Assembly: GCF_001194135.2 (NCBI RefSeq)
Contig: NC_068984.1
Coordinates: forward strand, 21,387,357-21,451,356
From: Octopus bimaculoides
Taxonomy: Eukaryota
Direction: 5' to 3'
Length of the DNA stretch: 64,000 nucleotides
Below are positions 39,285-52,037 of this stretch, piece after piece (positions within the stretch are counted from its first letter, which is position 1; each line of letters starts with the position of its first letter). The notes beneath the pieces are model-generated. The model was not told the DNA's origin, made no database searches, and saw nothing but the letters and a program-made list of their open reading frames with translations. Both the position numbers and the translations under genes were made by a program.

Positions 39285-40291
39285 TCACACACAAACACAT
39301 ACACGTACACAAAGACACAAACATACACATACAAACACATGTATGTATCAACCTATTTGCTACCTTATACACAGATGCACACATGTCTGTACCTTTTAAT
39401 TTATTGCCTCATACACACCTGTATACAGGTACATGTATGTGTGTCACAATTCGAATCTTCAGAAGTTATTTCTCCAGGTAATTTAGTGTTTGACTATAGC
39501 TGTTGAAATGTTTTGAATTATGCATCCACACATTTCTGCCACTGGATAGACAGAAAGTTTTCAGGAAGAATGTATTTTTCCAGATATTTTTTTGTTCCTT
39601 ACATGTTATGTTTCATTAATATCTCATATCCACTTTGGATTCAGAAGGAGGACAGAGATAATATTAATATGTCATTCAATAACTTTGTCAATAATTGCAG
39701 AAACTTCCTCTAACCTAGCATAAACACATATTGTTCTGATGCAGCCATTCATTTCAATGAAGAAAACTAAAACAAGAGATTATCTGTTAATATAGGCATG
39801 AGAATAAACATTCTCTTTTTCTTAAATTAAGCATATAATATATTAGCTGCGGTAGCAAATACTGGAAGTCTCTTGCAATATAATGGTGGAATACTGAGCT
39901 GTTCAAGAAATATCAAGAAATCAGGAAAAGGACATGCTGGTTGGTATAGTCTATCATATAAAACTGATGTCAAAGCAAAGCTGCAAAACATTTTCCATCT
40001 AATATTTCTTGAATAGCGCCAAACAGACTGGCTGTACAACAAGAACAATTTGAAGATGAATTACAACAACATGCAGAATGTATTATGTGTTACTAAGAGT
40101 TACAATGACAAAAATACTTCAATCAAATCAAGAGGAAAATTAGCTAGTACGGAATTGTCCCAATATAGAGTTTGCCTTTTAAATGGAAATATCTAGAAGA
40201 TAAAATTTAAAAACAAACAAAAACACGGTTTTCCTTGCTGACATCCCTATTAACAGTGACTCAACTATCTACATAAAACTCATAGGGTACT

Positions 40292-40520
40292 CATTCTTTT
40301 CTACTCTAGGCACAAGGCCCAAAATTTGGGGGGAGGCGGGGGCCAGTCGATAAGATTGACCCCAGTATGCAACTGGTACTTAATTTATCGACCCCCCCCC
40401 CCCCGAGAGGATGAAAGGCAAAGTCGACCTTGGCAGAGTTGGAGCTCAGAGTATGAAGACAGACGAAATACTGCTAAGCATTTTGCCCGGCATGTTAACA
40501 TTTCTGCCAACTCACCGCCT
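40292..40520 (-). mobile_element. tRNA-derived SINE, family A
   Basis: Same family, partly CpG-decayed. Confidence 0.8.
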
Positions 40521-41696
40521 TTCATAGAGTACTCATTAAGAATGGTTTAGATTGGCAAAACCATTCAGCCTTCCACTGGATATTACAATCATTTTTGAGC
40601 AGGTGTCTTCTCTGAGTGTCTTAACACGCTTGATTGAATTCTACTTGCTTGGAATCTTTAGCTCAGCATCAAAATGTAACCTTCTTGTCTTTTCTATAAG
40701 TATTTCCTTGATCAATTCTCTGATTAACTTTGTGGTCTAGTACCCTCTGTCCAAACCTTTAAACATGCCACTACTTCTTTTCCCAGGTGCATTGTTTCTG
40801 AGTTTTCTGTTAGTCATAAGTCTTTTGTTAGAATGACATTTTTTCTCAAACTGCTGCTCTCTGGCATTCATTACCATTGTCTTGTTTTGCTTTGTTCTAT
40901 GATATTCAGTCCTTAAAACTTTCTCTCAATCAACATCTTTTGAATTTATAGGCTTCTTCTTTTCCTTTTCTGTAGTCCCTTACACTACTGTGACCTTAAA
41001 TCTTGTTTGAGACAAAATCATATAAAAAGAAACAAACAAATGATTCCTTCACTGATACTTTTAGAATACATCAGTACTTTTGAAATTTATTTAGAGACAA
41101 AATGAGGGATCGTTAAGCTTACATGGGAAATACTGGACAACATTTAGGGAGGGACCTATGTTACTTTGACATCCATCTTAGAAGGAAATTTCTCATTTGC
41201 TTTTCAATACCAACCATACTTGAAACACATTAACTTGTTTCCACAAACTAACACATGTCCAAATTCTTTTGTGAACTTCTAAGACTGACCCTCTTAATAC
41301 TTAACCAGTACTTCTAAATCTTTCAAGTTAACAGTAGTTTCTTCTCAATCTGCTGATGAGTACACTCGATCAGAATGCTAACCAAAAGAAAACCTTAGAT
41401 CTGCATGTATAATCTTGCTTACCTTTAATATGGTAAATATACATTAAATCCTCCTTACATCTAACATAAGCTTTAGCAAAACAAAATAGACAAGAACCAC
41501 ACACACACACACACATATATACATGTATGTTACAAAACCTCCCTATGAATTAACTAGGAATGTTTTTACAATCTCTGTTCACCCACAGGGAAGATTTATA
41601 ATATTCAAATTTAATTCTTCTGATTTGCACTGTGTTGCTCGTATGCACAAACACATACATTTGCATGTGTGTATGTGTATATATAAATATATGTAT

Positions 41697-41771
<75 letters not shown>

Positions 41772-41828
41772 TGTGTGTGTGTATGTGTGTGCGTGAGAGG
41801 GAGAGAGAGAGAGAGAAAGAGGGACATA

Positions 41829-43359
41829 TCTACTATATATGTGGAAAATTGGTGTTTGTTTGTTTGTGGCCTTGTTAGCTAACTTCTCCTACATCGTTTT
41901 ATTGATTTTGATGAAAATTGACACGTGAGTAGAACTCATGTCTGGAAACCTCGTGATGTATTTAGATTGTTGAAAAAATCGATAATACGGCCCCTGAAAG
42001 GGATCTTTGTATCTACCTCATATAACTATTTTTTATAAACATCCAAGAGAAATAACTCTTAGCATATACACAGTATTTTTTTAAACACTCAAGGGAAATA
42101 ACCCATAGCACCTCCACTTACAGTTGTTAGTTTTTAGTGAAGCAATCAATATTTGATTCTCATGATCAGTGCACCTAATTCTGCATTTCACTACTCACAG
42201 TTTTCAACTGCTAAACCTTATTATTGTACTTTCTTGATGCATGTACACTTTCAATGCCCATAACTCTGATAACACTGCATTTTTCCAGTTAAACCTCGTG
42301 ACATACTTAGATTGTTGACAAAAATCGATAAAAGGGCCCCTCCAATGGATCCTTCAATCTACTACATATTACTAATATTTTATTTAAACAACCTAAGGGA
42401 AATAACCAATACCACCTGCAGTTTTTAGTGAAGCGATCAATATTTGATTCTCATGATCAGCTGACCTAATTCTGCATTTCACTACTCAGTTTTGAACTGC
42501 TAAACATTATTATTGCTCTTCCTTGATTTGAATCTTAAACCTTAAAGACTTCATTCATACATTTCTATACATACATACTTTTTTGAATGCCCATTACTCC
42601 GATAATTCTGCATTTTTACAGTTACACTTTTTCCATGACAGTAGATAAATTTTTTATTCCACAACATATTTGTAGTGGCTTCATGCAGGCATAGTGTGGA
42701 TTCGATCCTTGATTGCCAAATTTCACTTAACACTTCAACAGTGCTTTACTCACGGTACAACAATAGTTTTTCTGTGAATGGCAGCAGTTATACATTTCCC
42801 AGATGCCTTCGCTAAGCACAATAATGTCTTTGCCACTTGACCCTTCTAGCCTCTTCCAGGCCACCAGGGACTGGAATGGAGATAACAGACCTCCAACAAA
42901 ATCATTTGTTCTCAACAATATGTCTATCCTGGCTGCTTTTTGATAGTTATAAAAACAAGAACTCCGTAAGCTAAATGCAGTTACTGAGAGACACCATCAG
43001 TGAGTATAAACATTATTATTGCACTTTCTTCATTTCATTCTTAAACATTAATCACTTCATTCATAAATTAATGTAGATATCAACTACATTTATATATTAC
43101 CTTTAATAAATTAGCCTTCATAAAGTTCACCTTTAAAATGCCACGATGAGTCAGAGTACTTTCTTGTCAACCTCCAAAAACCTTTCTCGCCAACCTCCGA
43201 CAATCTCTCCCTCCTCCAGCTGACAGTTTTTTGTACTTTTTCATGGTGGAAAATACACCTTTTGCAGCAGTTATAACGAAATTGCTTTCTTATATCAGAG
43301 TTATAAGGCGTTTCAATAGAACATCTTTACTCCCGGGAATTACTGAGTACACCAGCTAG
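41829..43359 (+). mobile_element. Non-autonomous Helitron with both termini, inserted at A|T
   Basis: A|TCTACTATATATG...GTTTGTTTGTTTGT...GATTTTGATGAAAATTG at the 5' end; CCCGGGAATTACTGAGTACACCAGCTAG|T at the 3' end (decayed hairpin plus CTAG); no TSD. Confidence 0.75.
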
Positions 43360-43405
43360 TATATATATATATATATATATGTTTGTAGAGAGAAAGAGAG
43401 GCAGA

Positions 43406-43437
<32 letters not shown>

Positions 43438-43900
43438 CATACATACATATATATATATATANNNNNNNNNNNNNNNNNNNNNNNNNNNNNNNNNNNNNNN
43501 NNNNNNNNNNNNNNNNNNNNNNNNNNNNNNNNNNNNNNNNNNNNNNNNNNNNNNNNNNNNNNNNNNNNNNNNNNNNNNNNNNNNNNNNNNNNNNNNNNNN
43601 NNNNNNNNNNNNNNNNNNNNNNNNNNNNNNNNNNNNNNNNNNNNNNNNNNNNNNNNNNNNNNNNNNNNNNNNNNNNNNNNNNNNNNNNNNNNNNNNNNNN
43701 NNNNNNNNNNNNNNNNNNNNNNNNNNNNNNNNNNNNNNNNNNNNNNNNNNNNNNNNNNNNNNNNNNNNNNNNNNNNNNNNNNNNNNNNNNNNNNNNNNNN
43801 NNNNNNNNNNNNNNNNNNNNNNNNNNNNNNNNNNNNNNNNNNNNNNNNNNNNNNNNNNNNNNNNNNNNNNNNNNNNNNNNNNNNNNNNNNNNNNNNNNNN

Positions 43901-43944
<44 letters not shown>

Positions 43945-43947
<3 letters not shown>

Positions 43948-44500
43948 CAAAATAGTCAGTGAATTTAAATATTTGGGAAGAAAAACAACAGAAAATGTGA
44001 GATCACAGAAGGATGTAAAATCGTTTGATTTCAGTAGTAACATCTGCTTTGGCTAATTTAGAGCCTGGTTGGAAAAAACAAAAAGATTAGAATAGCAACA
44101 AAGATTATATTCTAAAAGTAATAGTAATTCAAACTGCAGTTTAAGAGTGCAAATCATGGATATTAAGTACTGAAAATGAGGAAAATTATTCATGGCTTTT
44201 GAAATCAAATGTTGTAGAAAGATGCTTTGCATGCCATATACCGAGAATCAAACTAATGAATATTAAGAAAGAAATTATTGGGAAAGCTGCAGTTCAAGAA
44301 ATCATTCTGTAAATTTTCAAAAGGCATAAATGAAGTGGTTTGGTGATTTGGCTATGTAACCTGATGGCACGACACCCTACATTTAGTGAATATAGTCATA
44401 CACAGGTGGGAATATTATGGTGGAAATCATGAGACTGGATGGTAATTGAGAGAACTTTTGCTTCAAGAACTACAACGACATACACTGGAGATTGATTACT
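43945..44500 (+). mobile_element. Degenerate RTE-type LINE C-terminal fragment
   Basis: VSEFKYLG, AFEIKCCRKML, KWFG motifs with many stops. Confidence 0.6.
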
Positions 44501-46525
44501 AGATCTAAATTTTTAAATACTAGCATGAAACCTTGATAAGAAAATGGCTACAGATACACCGCCCCCCCCCCCCACATATATATATATATTTAAAGCTATA
44601 TCTTGTATATCTATAGCTCTTTATTCATAACCTCCACATACTACTATGTCAGAGTAGTAATCATGGTGTTGCCAATATGTTTATTAAAGTAACCAGCCAT
44701 GTTAATAATGTCAGCACCATTTGTTCTTGAGTTGATCTGTAAAGGAGTTTCCTAGTAATGCTCCTTTTATTCATGTCAGTCCTAATTGTGGTGCTTATAT
44801 ATAAAGAAACGATACTGTCGTGCTGCCTATGAGTAGTTTAAGCTTAATGATTCTGTTGCACACTCTAGCTATGTCAATTACCTTACTTATTTCACTGATA
44901 ACAATATACCAGTGCACCCACCCTTGCACTGTTATCTATCCAAAATTTGTCTCTGTATTCTGACTGAGGCTCCCCTCCATCTTATCTTTTGCACATATCT
45001 GCTCATTTCAGCTCCAGCGTCTCCACAATCTTTCTAGACCTGCTTTTCATCATATTAGCAATGAAGATGATAACCCAGAAAGTTTTGCATCAACAAGAAG
45101 AAAATAGAGAGTTCTCTTGGTAGGAAGGTTGTTGTTTGATGCTTGTTTTCTGTATCTGAATAAAAGTGAATTTATATGCTCATCTGACACCAAGATGTTT
45201 TCACACACAGCCAATTGTTTCAACCTGACCACTACATTACCATACACAGGACTAACATAGTAAATATCAGTCTTATGAATATATAGACATTGGGTTTTTC
45301 ATTGTCAGGATTTTGACTTTTATTGGTTATCTACTCTTCCTAGCACCAACCACTTTAAAGCAAATGTTGTATTTATTTTTTTAATCTTTTATTACCAGCA
45401 TTAGAGAGATTGTCTGCCAGGACTAACGTATCCACTATAGATTGTATCAGTTTCTATTGAGAATTATTGCTCTTTTATCCAGGTTGTCTTCATTGCAGCT
45501 TACAGTTTCCATGTCTCCCTCATGCAAAATTTTCAGAGTTACTAATTTCCCAGGTAGGTTGCCTGCAATATGGCTCATGTCTTCCCATATTACATTTAGG
45601 GAGAGGTACTCACAGGATAGGAATAGGAGGGAGAGGGAACTTAAAATATGCTGGTGGCTTTATTTAGCAGGGTGGTTTAAGGGTAGCTTAGAGCAGGCAG
45701 GTGGATTGTTTAGAGAGTATAAATTCAAGAATTGTTTGGGTGTATAAATTCCAAGAATAGTTTCAAATAGGTTGGTTGGCTGGTTGGCTGGCTGGTTGGT
45801 TGGTTGGCTGGCTGGTTGGTTGGTTGGTTGGAGTAAAGGTAACTGGCCATATTTGCCATGATGGAGTGTAAGAGTGAGAGAGATTTACTAGACTAGACAT
45901 TAAGCAGACACTGCTTATAAAATATTAAAGTGATTATAGTTTCTAGAAAAGTTAATAATCATAATATGCTTATCTTAATTACATATAAATGTAATTTATA
46001 TGTAATTATAATACAAACATATGTACTGATACAATAAAATACATACATATACATACATACACACACACATACATGTGCATGTGTGTGCGTATGTGTGTGT
46101 GCATATGTGTGTGTATGCATTTATACACACACCCATACATAATCAATCCATCTATCCATCTTTATCTTCTCAACGGAAAATCAGATTGATTCTGTTTCTC
46201 CTTCAAGTCTTTAATTCATTTAACTACAAAATTTGCAAAGCTTCTATAAAATTGATTTCTAATATGGACTAAGAGAGTGAGAAAGATATTGGTAAATAAG
46301 TGGAACCATCTCTTCCTTTCGTGCAGCAAAAAAAAAAAAGCGAAAAAAAAAAAAAAAAGAAATTGTTTAATCTTTGTTCAGTGTGAGGAGTTAGTTTCAT
46401 CAAACCCGCAATGGAACAAAAAGATAAAGTTGATGCTGGTGGTATCTAGACACGGAGCCTAACCAAATGCTGCAATGCAGCAGTCTCAAAGTTTCTATAA
46501 ATTAACCTTAAGTATTCTTCATATA

Positions 46526-46850
46526 TCTTTTATCTCTTATTTATTTCAGTCATTAGACTGTGGCAATGCTGGGGCACCCCCTTGAAGGGTACTTACATTT
46601 TAAAAAAATCTGCTCCTTGTTCTATTAATTTCTTTAGCTGAACCACTGAGTTATGGGGATGTAAACAAACTAACACCAGTTGTCAAGCTGTAACAGGGTT
46701 GTCAAACGTAGACACAAACATACCCATGCACACACACACACACACACACTGGGCTTCCCCCAAGTTTTCACCTATCAAATTCACTCACAAGGCATTGGTG
46801 ATCCTGTAGCTATTGTAGAAGACACTTTCCCAAAGTGCTGCACAGAGGTC
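46526..46850 (-). mobile_element. Composite SINE, 5' end degraded
   Basis: Same module order. Confidence 0.6.
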
Positions 46851-47469
46851 ATGAAGGCTTTGAAACTTCAGTAGATTTGAAAACGTTATTATTCAAAAAT
46901 TATTTATGAAAGGAAATATTGAAAATCATTAATAAACAATAGATTAGCATTGAACAAAGTTGTGTCTTTACTATGTGATTTAAAGACATGTTGTTCTGTG
47001 TGTGTGTGTGTGTGAGACCAAACATTTTTTCTGAATCACATTGTGGTTGTTGACTAAGTTGCAGTTTAATCTTGGACATCGGATGGGAACACTATTTGAC
47101 CAATAACAAGGACCTGGAAAGAGCCAATAAGTCAAGCATTGAATCACTGATCATGAAAGGTCAGGACATGTAGCAATAATTGAAGAGTCAAGGTTCCCAC
47201 ACCAAGTCTTATTCAGAGTGCTCACTTCAGGGAAAAGACCATGGGATTGCCCTCTTCGAGACACAAGGGCCAACTCAAAACAACACTGAAAGCCACTGGA
47301 CTCCAGCTTAAATCATTTGAAACACACACACACACTTGTACATGTATGTGTGTGTGTATGTATATGTATGTATTTTATTGTATCAGTACATATGTTTGTA
47401 TAATAATTACGTATAAGATACATTTATATGTAATTATGATAAGCATATTATGATTATTAACTTATCTTG

Positions 47470-48560
47470 AAAATATAAACTCATTTTGGTCTAAGAAACA
47501 TCTCACATTTGGTTTCCTTGTCACTGATGACATCTCATCAATATTGATCTTTTTAAGTATGTCTAAGATTGTCTTTAAAACACTTGCATATTTTGCAATG
47601 GAAACATTTTCCTTGCTCCACCTCACCATACAACACTTGTTTTGGCATGCAGATGTTCTCTAAATGCACAATATGACCAAACTGACTAAGTTTTTGTTTC
47701 ATAATCATGGACTGGATACTGATCATTTTTGCCAGTTGCAGTATTCTTGTATCAGGTACATGAGATATTACACAAGCATCATAGGAAGGTTGTCCAGTTC
47801 TCACATCCACACAACAGTGCTGTTTAGACACATGCCTGAAAGATCTCAAATTTCATTGCTGCTTTGATATTTGATTGTGACCAGAACCTTGATTCAAGCT
47901 ATACAAATACATTACAGGCCCTAGAAAGACTATAATTGACCTCCTTGTCAGGTGTATTAAATCTAAATAGTATGTTACCAACGTAGACAAATGTCTCCAT
48001 GACTTGTAATGACTTTTAACTTTGTACCCCTGACGTGGTATATATATGGCATGCCTGGAGCTGGTTGTAGCATGACCATGGTCTTCATAGGACTGATTGT
48101 AAGTCCAAACTCACTGCAAGCAGCTGAAAAACAGTCCATCATCCTCAGTATGGGTTACAAGATTGCAATCATCAGTGTAAAGGATATCACAAATGAGAGC
48201 CATGGAAGTTTTTGCTACTGCAATAAAATGATGGATATTGAAAAGCTCTCTTGTTATATGGTAATGGATGTAGATATCAGCATTGCTATGTGCAAAGGCT
48301 TGCAAAGTAGCAATAGCCAAGAAGATGACAAAGAATGTAGGAGCCAGAATATCATCCTTTTTAACAGCATGGGGTTCTAGTAGGTCACTACTGATACAAT
48401 CCCATGCTTTCATGTCATGAAACAATAGAATGAGACTTGTGAACTTTTCAGACATCCCAGCTTGAAAAGAACACCCCCAAAGAGTTGGCCGATGTACAAC
48501 ATCAAAGGCCTAGATAAGCTTGCTGAAACACTGACACAGATCAAGTTGTTCTCTGCATTC
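47470..48560 (-). mobile_element. Degenerate RTE (BovB-like) LINE RT fragment
   Basis: ILAPTFFVIF, LFNIHHF, ILYTDDCNLVTHTEDD, FGHIVHL...PKQVLYGE...FKDNLR. Confidence 0.9.
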
Positions 48561-49348
48561 CTCTTGAAACTGTCAGGCTGTAAACATCATATCAGTTGTA
48601 CTGCAATTTGGTTAACAACCACATTTTGACACAGGAAGAAACTCTAGTCATGTACACACACACACACATGTTCTGTTGTGAAAATCAACTGACTGTGATT
48701 AGAAAAATACAAAGGAAAGAGAATATCTATAGACCATTGATAATGAGTTTGCAAATCCAGTACCCAAAATACTTTCAGCTTCATACCTATTATTATTAGA
48801 GCAACAGGATACATACCAACCCAACTGGAGCAAAGTATGGTTGAATTTGGTTTCTTGAGAAGAGAATGCAAATCCTTCATTCATATGCTACAAATGATCC
48901 CAATATCTGGGACTACAAAAGCCTGGAAGACCTTCTTAAGATTTAAAGGATAATGGTTAAAACAAGAGGCTTTGCTTCACAACCCTGCTACCAAATAGGT
49001 GGCTGGTCAAAATTTTATACATACATACATTCATACATACGTATGAACGTACGTACATACATACATACATACATACACATAGATAAAGATAGAGTAAATC
49101 CTTCAGTAAACTTAGTGTGCTTCTCTTTCGGATTTATGATTTACTGACAATATGTATACCTATTTACACACACACACACACACACACATAAGACTTCACA
49201 AATCAGGTACTAAAATGGTAGAGCACAAGGTCAGGTCAAACAAAAGGAATCGTGTATATAACGAAAGTATAGGAACAAATACCTGCATACCGAAGTATAG
49301 ACAGATTATTATTCCAGTTGTATATATGATTAACTGCAACCAACTGTT

Positions 49349-49391
<43 letters not shown>

Positions 49392-50147
49392 GTGTGCATG
49401 TATTCATCTCTTTAGCGAAACACCTGCTTCTATTTCCTGCAGTACTATAACCACTCAGTTGAGAGGGTTTCTTGTGTTGTAGATACTTAATGACCTCACC
49501 AGTGCTGGCACCACAGAAAACGTACATACTACATTCAGTGAAGTGGTTGGCGTTAGGAAAGGCATCCAGCTGCAGAAATCATGCAAAAGCAGGCATTAGA
49601 ACTTGGTGCAGCCCTCTGCTCGTCAGTTCTAGTCGAACCACTCAGCCCATGCTAGCATGGAAAAACAGACGTTAAATGATGCGTCTCATCCACACACATA
49701 CATATGCAAGTTGACATGAATGAATATACAGATACATGCATACTAACGCACAAACACACACATTCCCCACTCCCCACACACATATCAAGAATTCCATTCC
49801 CTTCAAGCCGTTCGCTTTCGATCCACTACCGGAAGAAGCCTCAGTATGCTATTACCGACTTACGTCTTTTAATATCCTTATAAATTTACATGTAATACAT
49901 TGATACATACATATATACATAGAAACTTGCGTACGTACATACCACAACCTTGCGTACATACGTACTTACGTATATGTATACATATATAAACATGCACGCA
50001 CACACAGACACAGACATAGACAGACAGACACGCACACACACACACACACATACACACACACACACACACACACATATTGTAACAATAGAAATCAAATCAG
50101 AAAAGAATGTTTTTCCCTCGTCGATCATATTATTACTACCAACTTAC

Positions 50148-50335
50148 TTGATGGCGTCCATGGCATTAATAAAATATATGGCGTACACACATATAGTTAT
50201 GTTTATTATCTGACAAGAATAGCACAATTTGTTGATGTATTTTGATCTCTTTTCTCCGTAGGCCTTCTCCAAAGACAGTGAATCCAATCCGCTAGTCAAA
50301 TCATGAGGCAGAGGAATAAGCGCTCTGTCCTCCAT
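50148..50335 (-). CDS. NOXRED1: NOXRED1-like coding exon 1 (ATG at 50335; donor AA|GTAAGT, phase 2)
   Basis: MEDRALIPLPHDLTSGLDSLSLEKAYGEKRSKYINKLCYSCQIINITICVYAIYFINAMDAIK resembles the vertebrate NOXRED1 N-terminus as I recall it (DLESLQFEYG...ACAHATFFCKLLYNLR). Phase matches exon 2. Confidence 0.8.
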
Positions 50336-50404
50336 CTATATCTAGTTGGTGATTGCTTTTTCCCTCTTTCTTAATGCAACAACACACCGACGATGCTGTT
50401 GTAT

Positions 50405-50452
50405 CGTCATGGCAACGAACGATTGCGGCTAAACGCTGGCTGTCATAGCAAC
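50405..50452 (-). promoter_or_regulatory. Two RFX X-box-like motifs upstream of the NOXRED1-like ATG
   Basis: CGTCATGGCAAC (50405-50416) and GCTGTCATAGCAAC (50439-50452) versus consensus GTTGCCATRGCAAC. Located 70-117 bp 5' of the ATG in CpG-rich sequence. Confidence 0.6.
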
Positions 50453-50976
50453 GTGCAATATCACACTGACGAAAAACGAGTGGCGGCAATATGAACTCAA
50501 AGCAAAGCTGAATGGGGTTTCCTTTTGATTGTTGTTAAGCCCCAATTCAGTCCTGATTGAGAAAAACTATAATCAAAGGCGTTCCAGCTTTGATTTACGC
50601 AACTAATGCGAAGCCTCTATGTTGTTGCTCGGCTCTGTATGAATAGTTCTAGAATCTTCCTTAATTATACCCAACGTATAAATGTGGGAAAAAGGATATT
50701 GAATAATGTGGGTCTGGATGTTCGGTGTCCAGGGGAAAATAGAGTAATCATAACTGGAATGGATGTGTGGTTAAGAACTTCGCTTTGTAACTGCTTCGTT
50801 TTGGGTTCAATCTCATTGCGTGGAACCTTAGACAAGTGTATATGACCGTCCACTCAAAATTTTGTTGACGGAAGTTATGTAAAGAAACTTGCTGAAGAGG
50901 CCTTCTCTTTGGAGGTAGACATGATTTGTCGCCCAATAAAAAAAATTTTTTTTAAACAAGTGGATCTTGGGTGCCT

Positions 50977-51190
50977 TTGGCGGGCAAGCTGGCAGAAACG
51001 TTAGCACGCCGGGTGAAATGCTTAACTGTATTTCGTCTGTCTTTATGTTCTGAGTTCAAATTCCGCCGAGGTCGACTTTGCTTTTCATCCTTTTGGGGTC
51101 GATAAATTAAGTACCAGTTGCGTACTGGGATTGATCTAATCGATTTACCCTCTCCCCCCGAACTTGCTGGCCATGTCAAAATTTGAAACC
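50977..51190 (+). mobile_element. tRNA-derived SINE, family A
   Basis: GGCGGGCAAGCTGGCAGAAACGTTAGCACGCCGGG...GAGTTCAAATTCCGCCGAGG. Confidence 0.85.
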
Positions 51191-51282
51191 AGTATTATTT
51201 ATTATTTCTGTTGTTGTTTCGGCCATGTCAAAATTTGAAACCAGTATTATTTATTATTTCTGTTGTTGTTTCGGCCATGTCA
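51169..51282 (+). repeat. Perfect 52-bp tandem duplication (2.2 copies)
   Basis: GGCCATGTCA starts at 51169, 51221 and 51273. Confidence 0.9.
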
Positions 51283-52003
51283 GGCCTTGATTGAGCAGAC
51301 CTATGATCAAAAGTGTTCCAGTTCTTATCAACCCATTCATCTCTCGGACAGTGCCTGTCTAGCACTACATGATTTAACATCCTTTCCTTTCCCAGATATT
51401 GACTTATAACTGAAAGAAGATTTGACTACTTCTATCAGGTCGTGCGATGACATTCAGGGACCCTTGTCGGTGCGCATTTATCATTATCATTATCTTTGTT
51501 TAGCTACCTTCCATTTATTCCTCCACCCTGTTCATTCGTTCCTCTTATCTATTTTAAAATCTATTTTTGTGGTTCCTTTTCCCTTTATCAAAATCTGAAT
51601 ATTTTTTTCTGTCCGTTGTTATCATAATTATCAACTATTGACTCTCGTTCTTCCTACGCATGCATATATAATTAATTCAGCATCGTCCTTAAATATCTCT
51701 GTCTCTCTCCACTATATATATGTATATGCTTGTGTATATGCTTGTGTGTGTGTGTGCGTGCGTGTGTGTGTGTGTGTGTGTGTGTATGCGTGTGTGTGTG
51801 TGCGTGTGCGAGAGCGTGCACAAGCGCATGTATGTAGATGTATTACACGAACGATTTTCTTTACCCTTCGCCTACTCAGTCGCGTATGTATTTTTTTAAC
51901 CACTCACGCATTTCTTCCTCTTACACACACACACACACACACACATACACCCACTCACCATCATTACACACACACACATACACCCACTCACCATCATTAC
52001 ACA

Positions 52004-52037
<34 letters not shown>

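Noticed and set aside
41353-41373. CTGATGAG-TACA-CTCGATC near-hammerhead
   Set aside because: GATC replaces the essential GAAA, and no stem I/III is evident.
49800-49870. ETS-like ACCGGAAG and a minus-strand GTAAGT as a second promoter
   Set aside because: No linked exon chain found; CpG retention is explained by proximity to the NOXRED1 promoter.
51169-51282. CRISPR-like array
   Set aside because: Contiguous tandem copies without unique spacers, eukaryotic context, and no cas genes.
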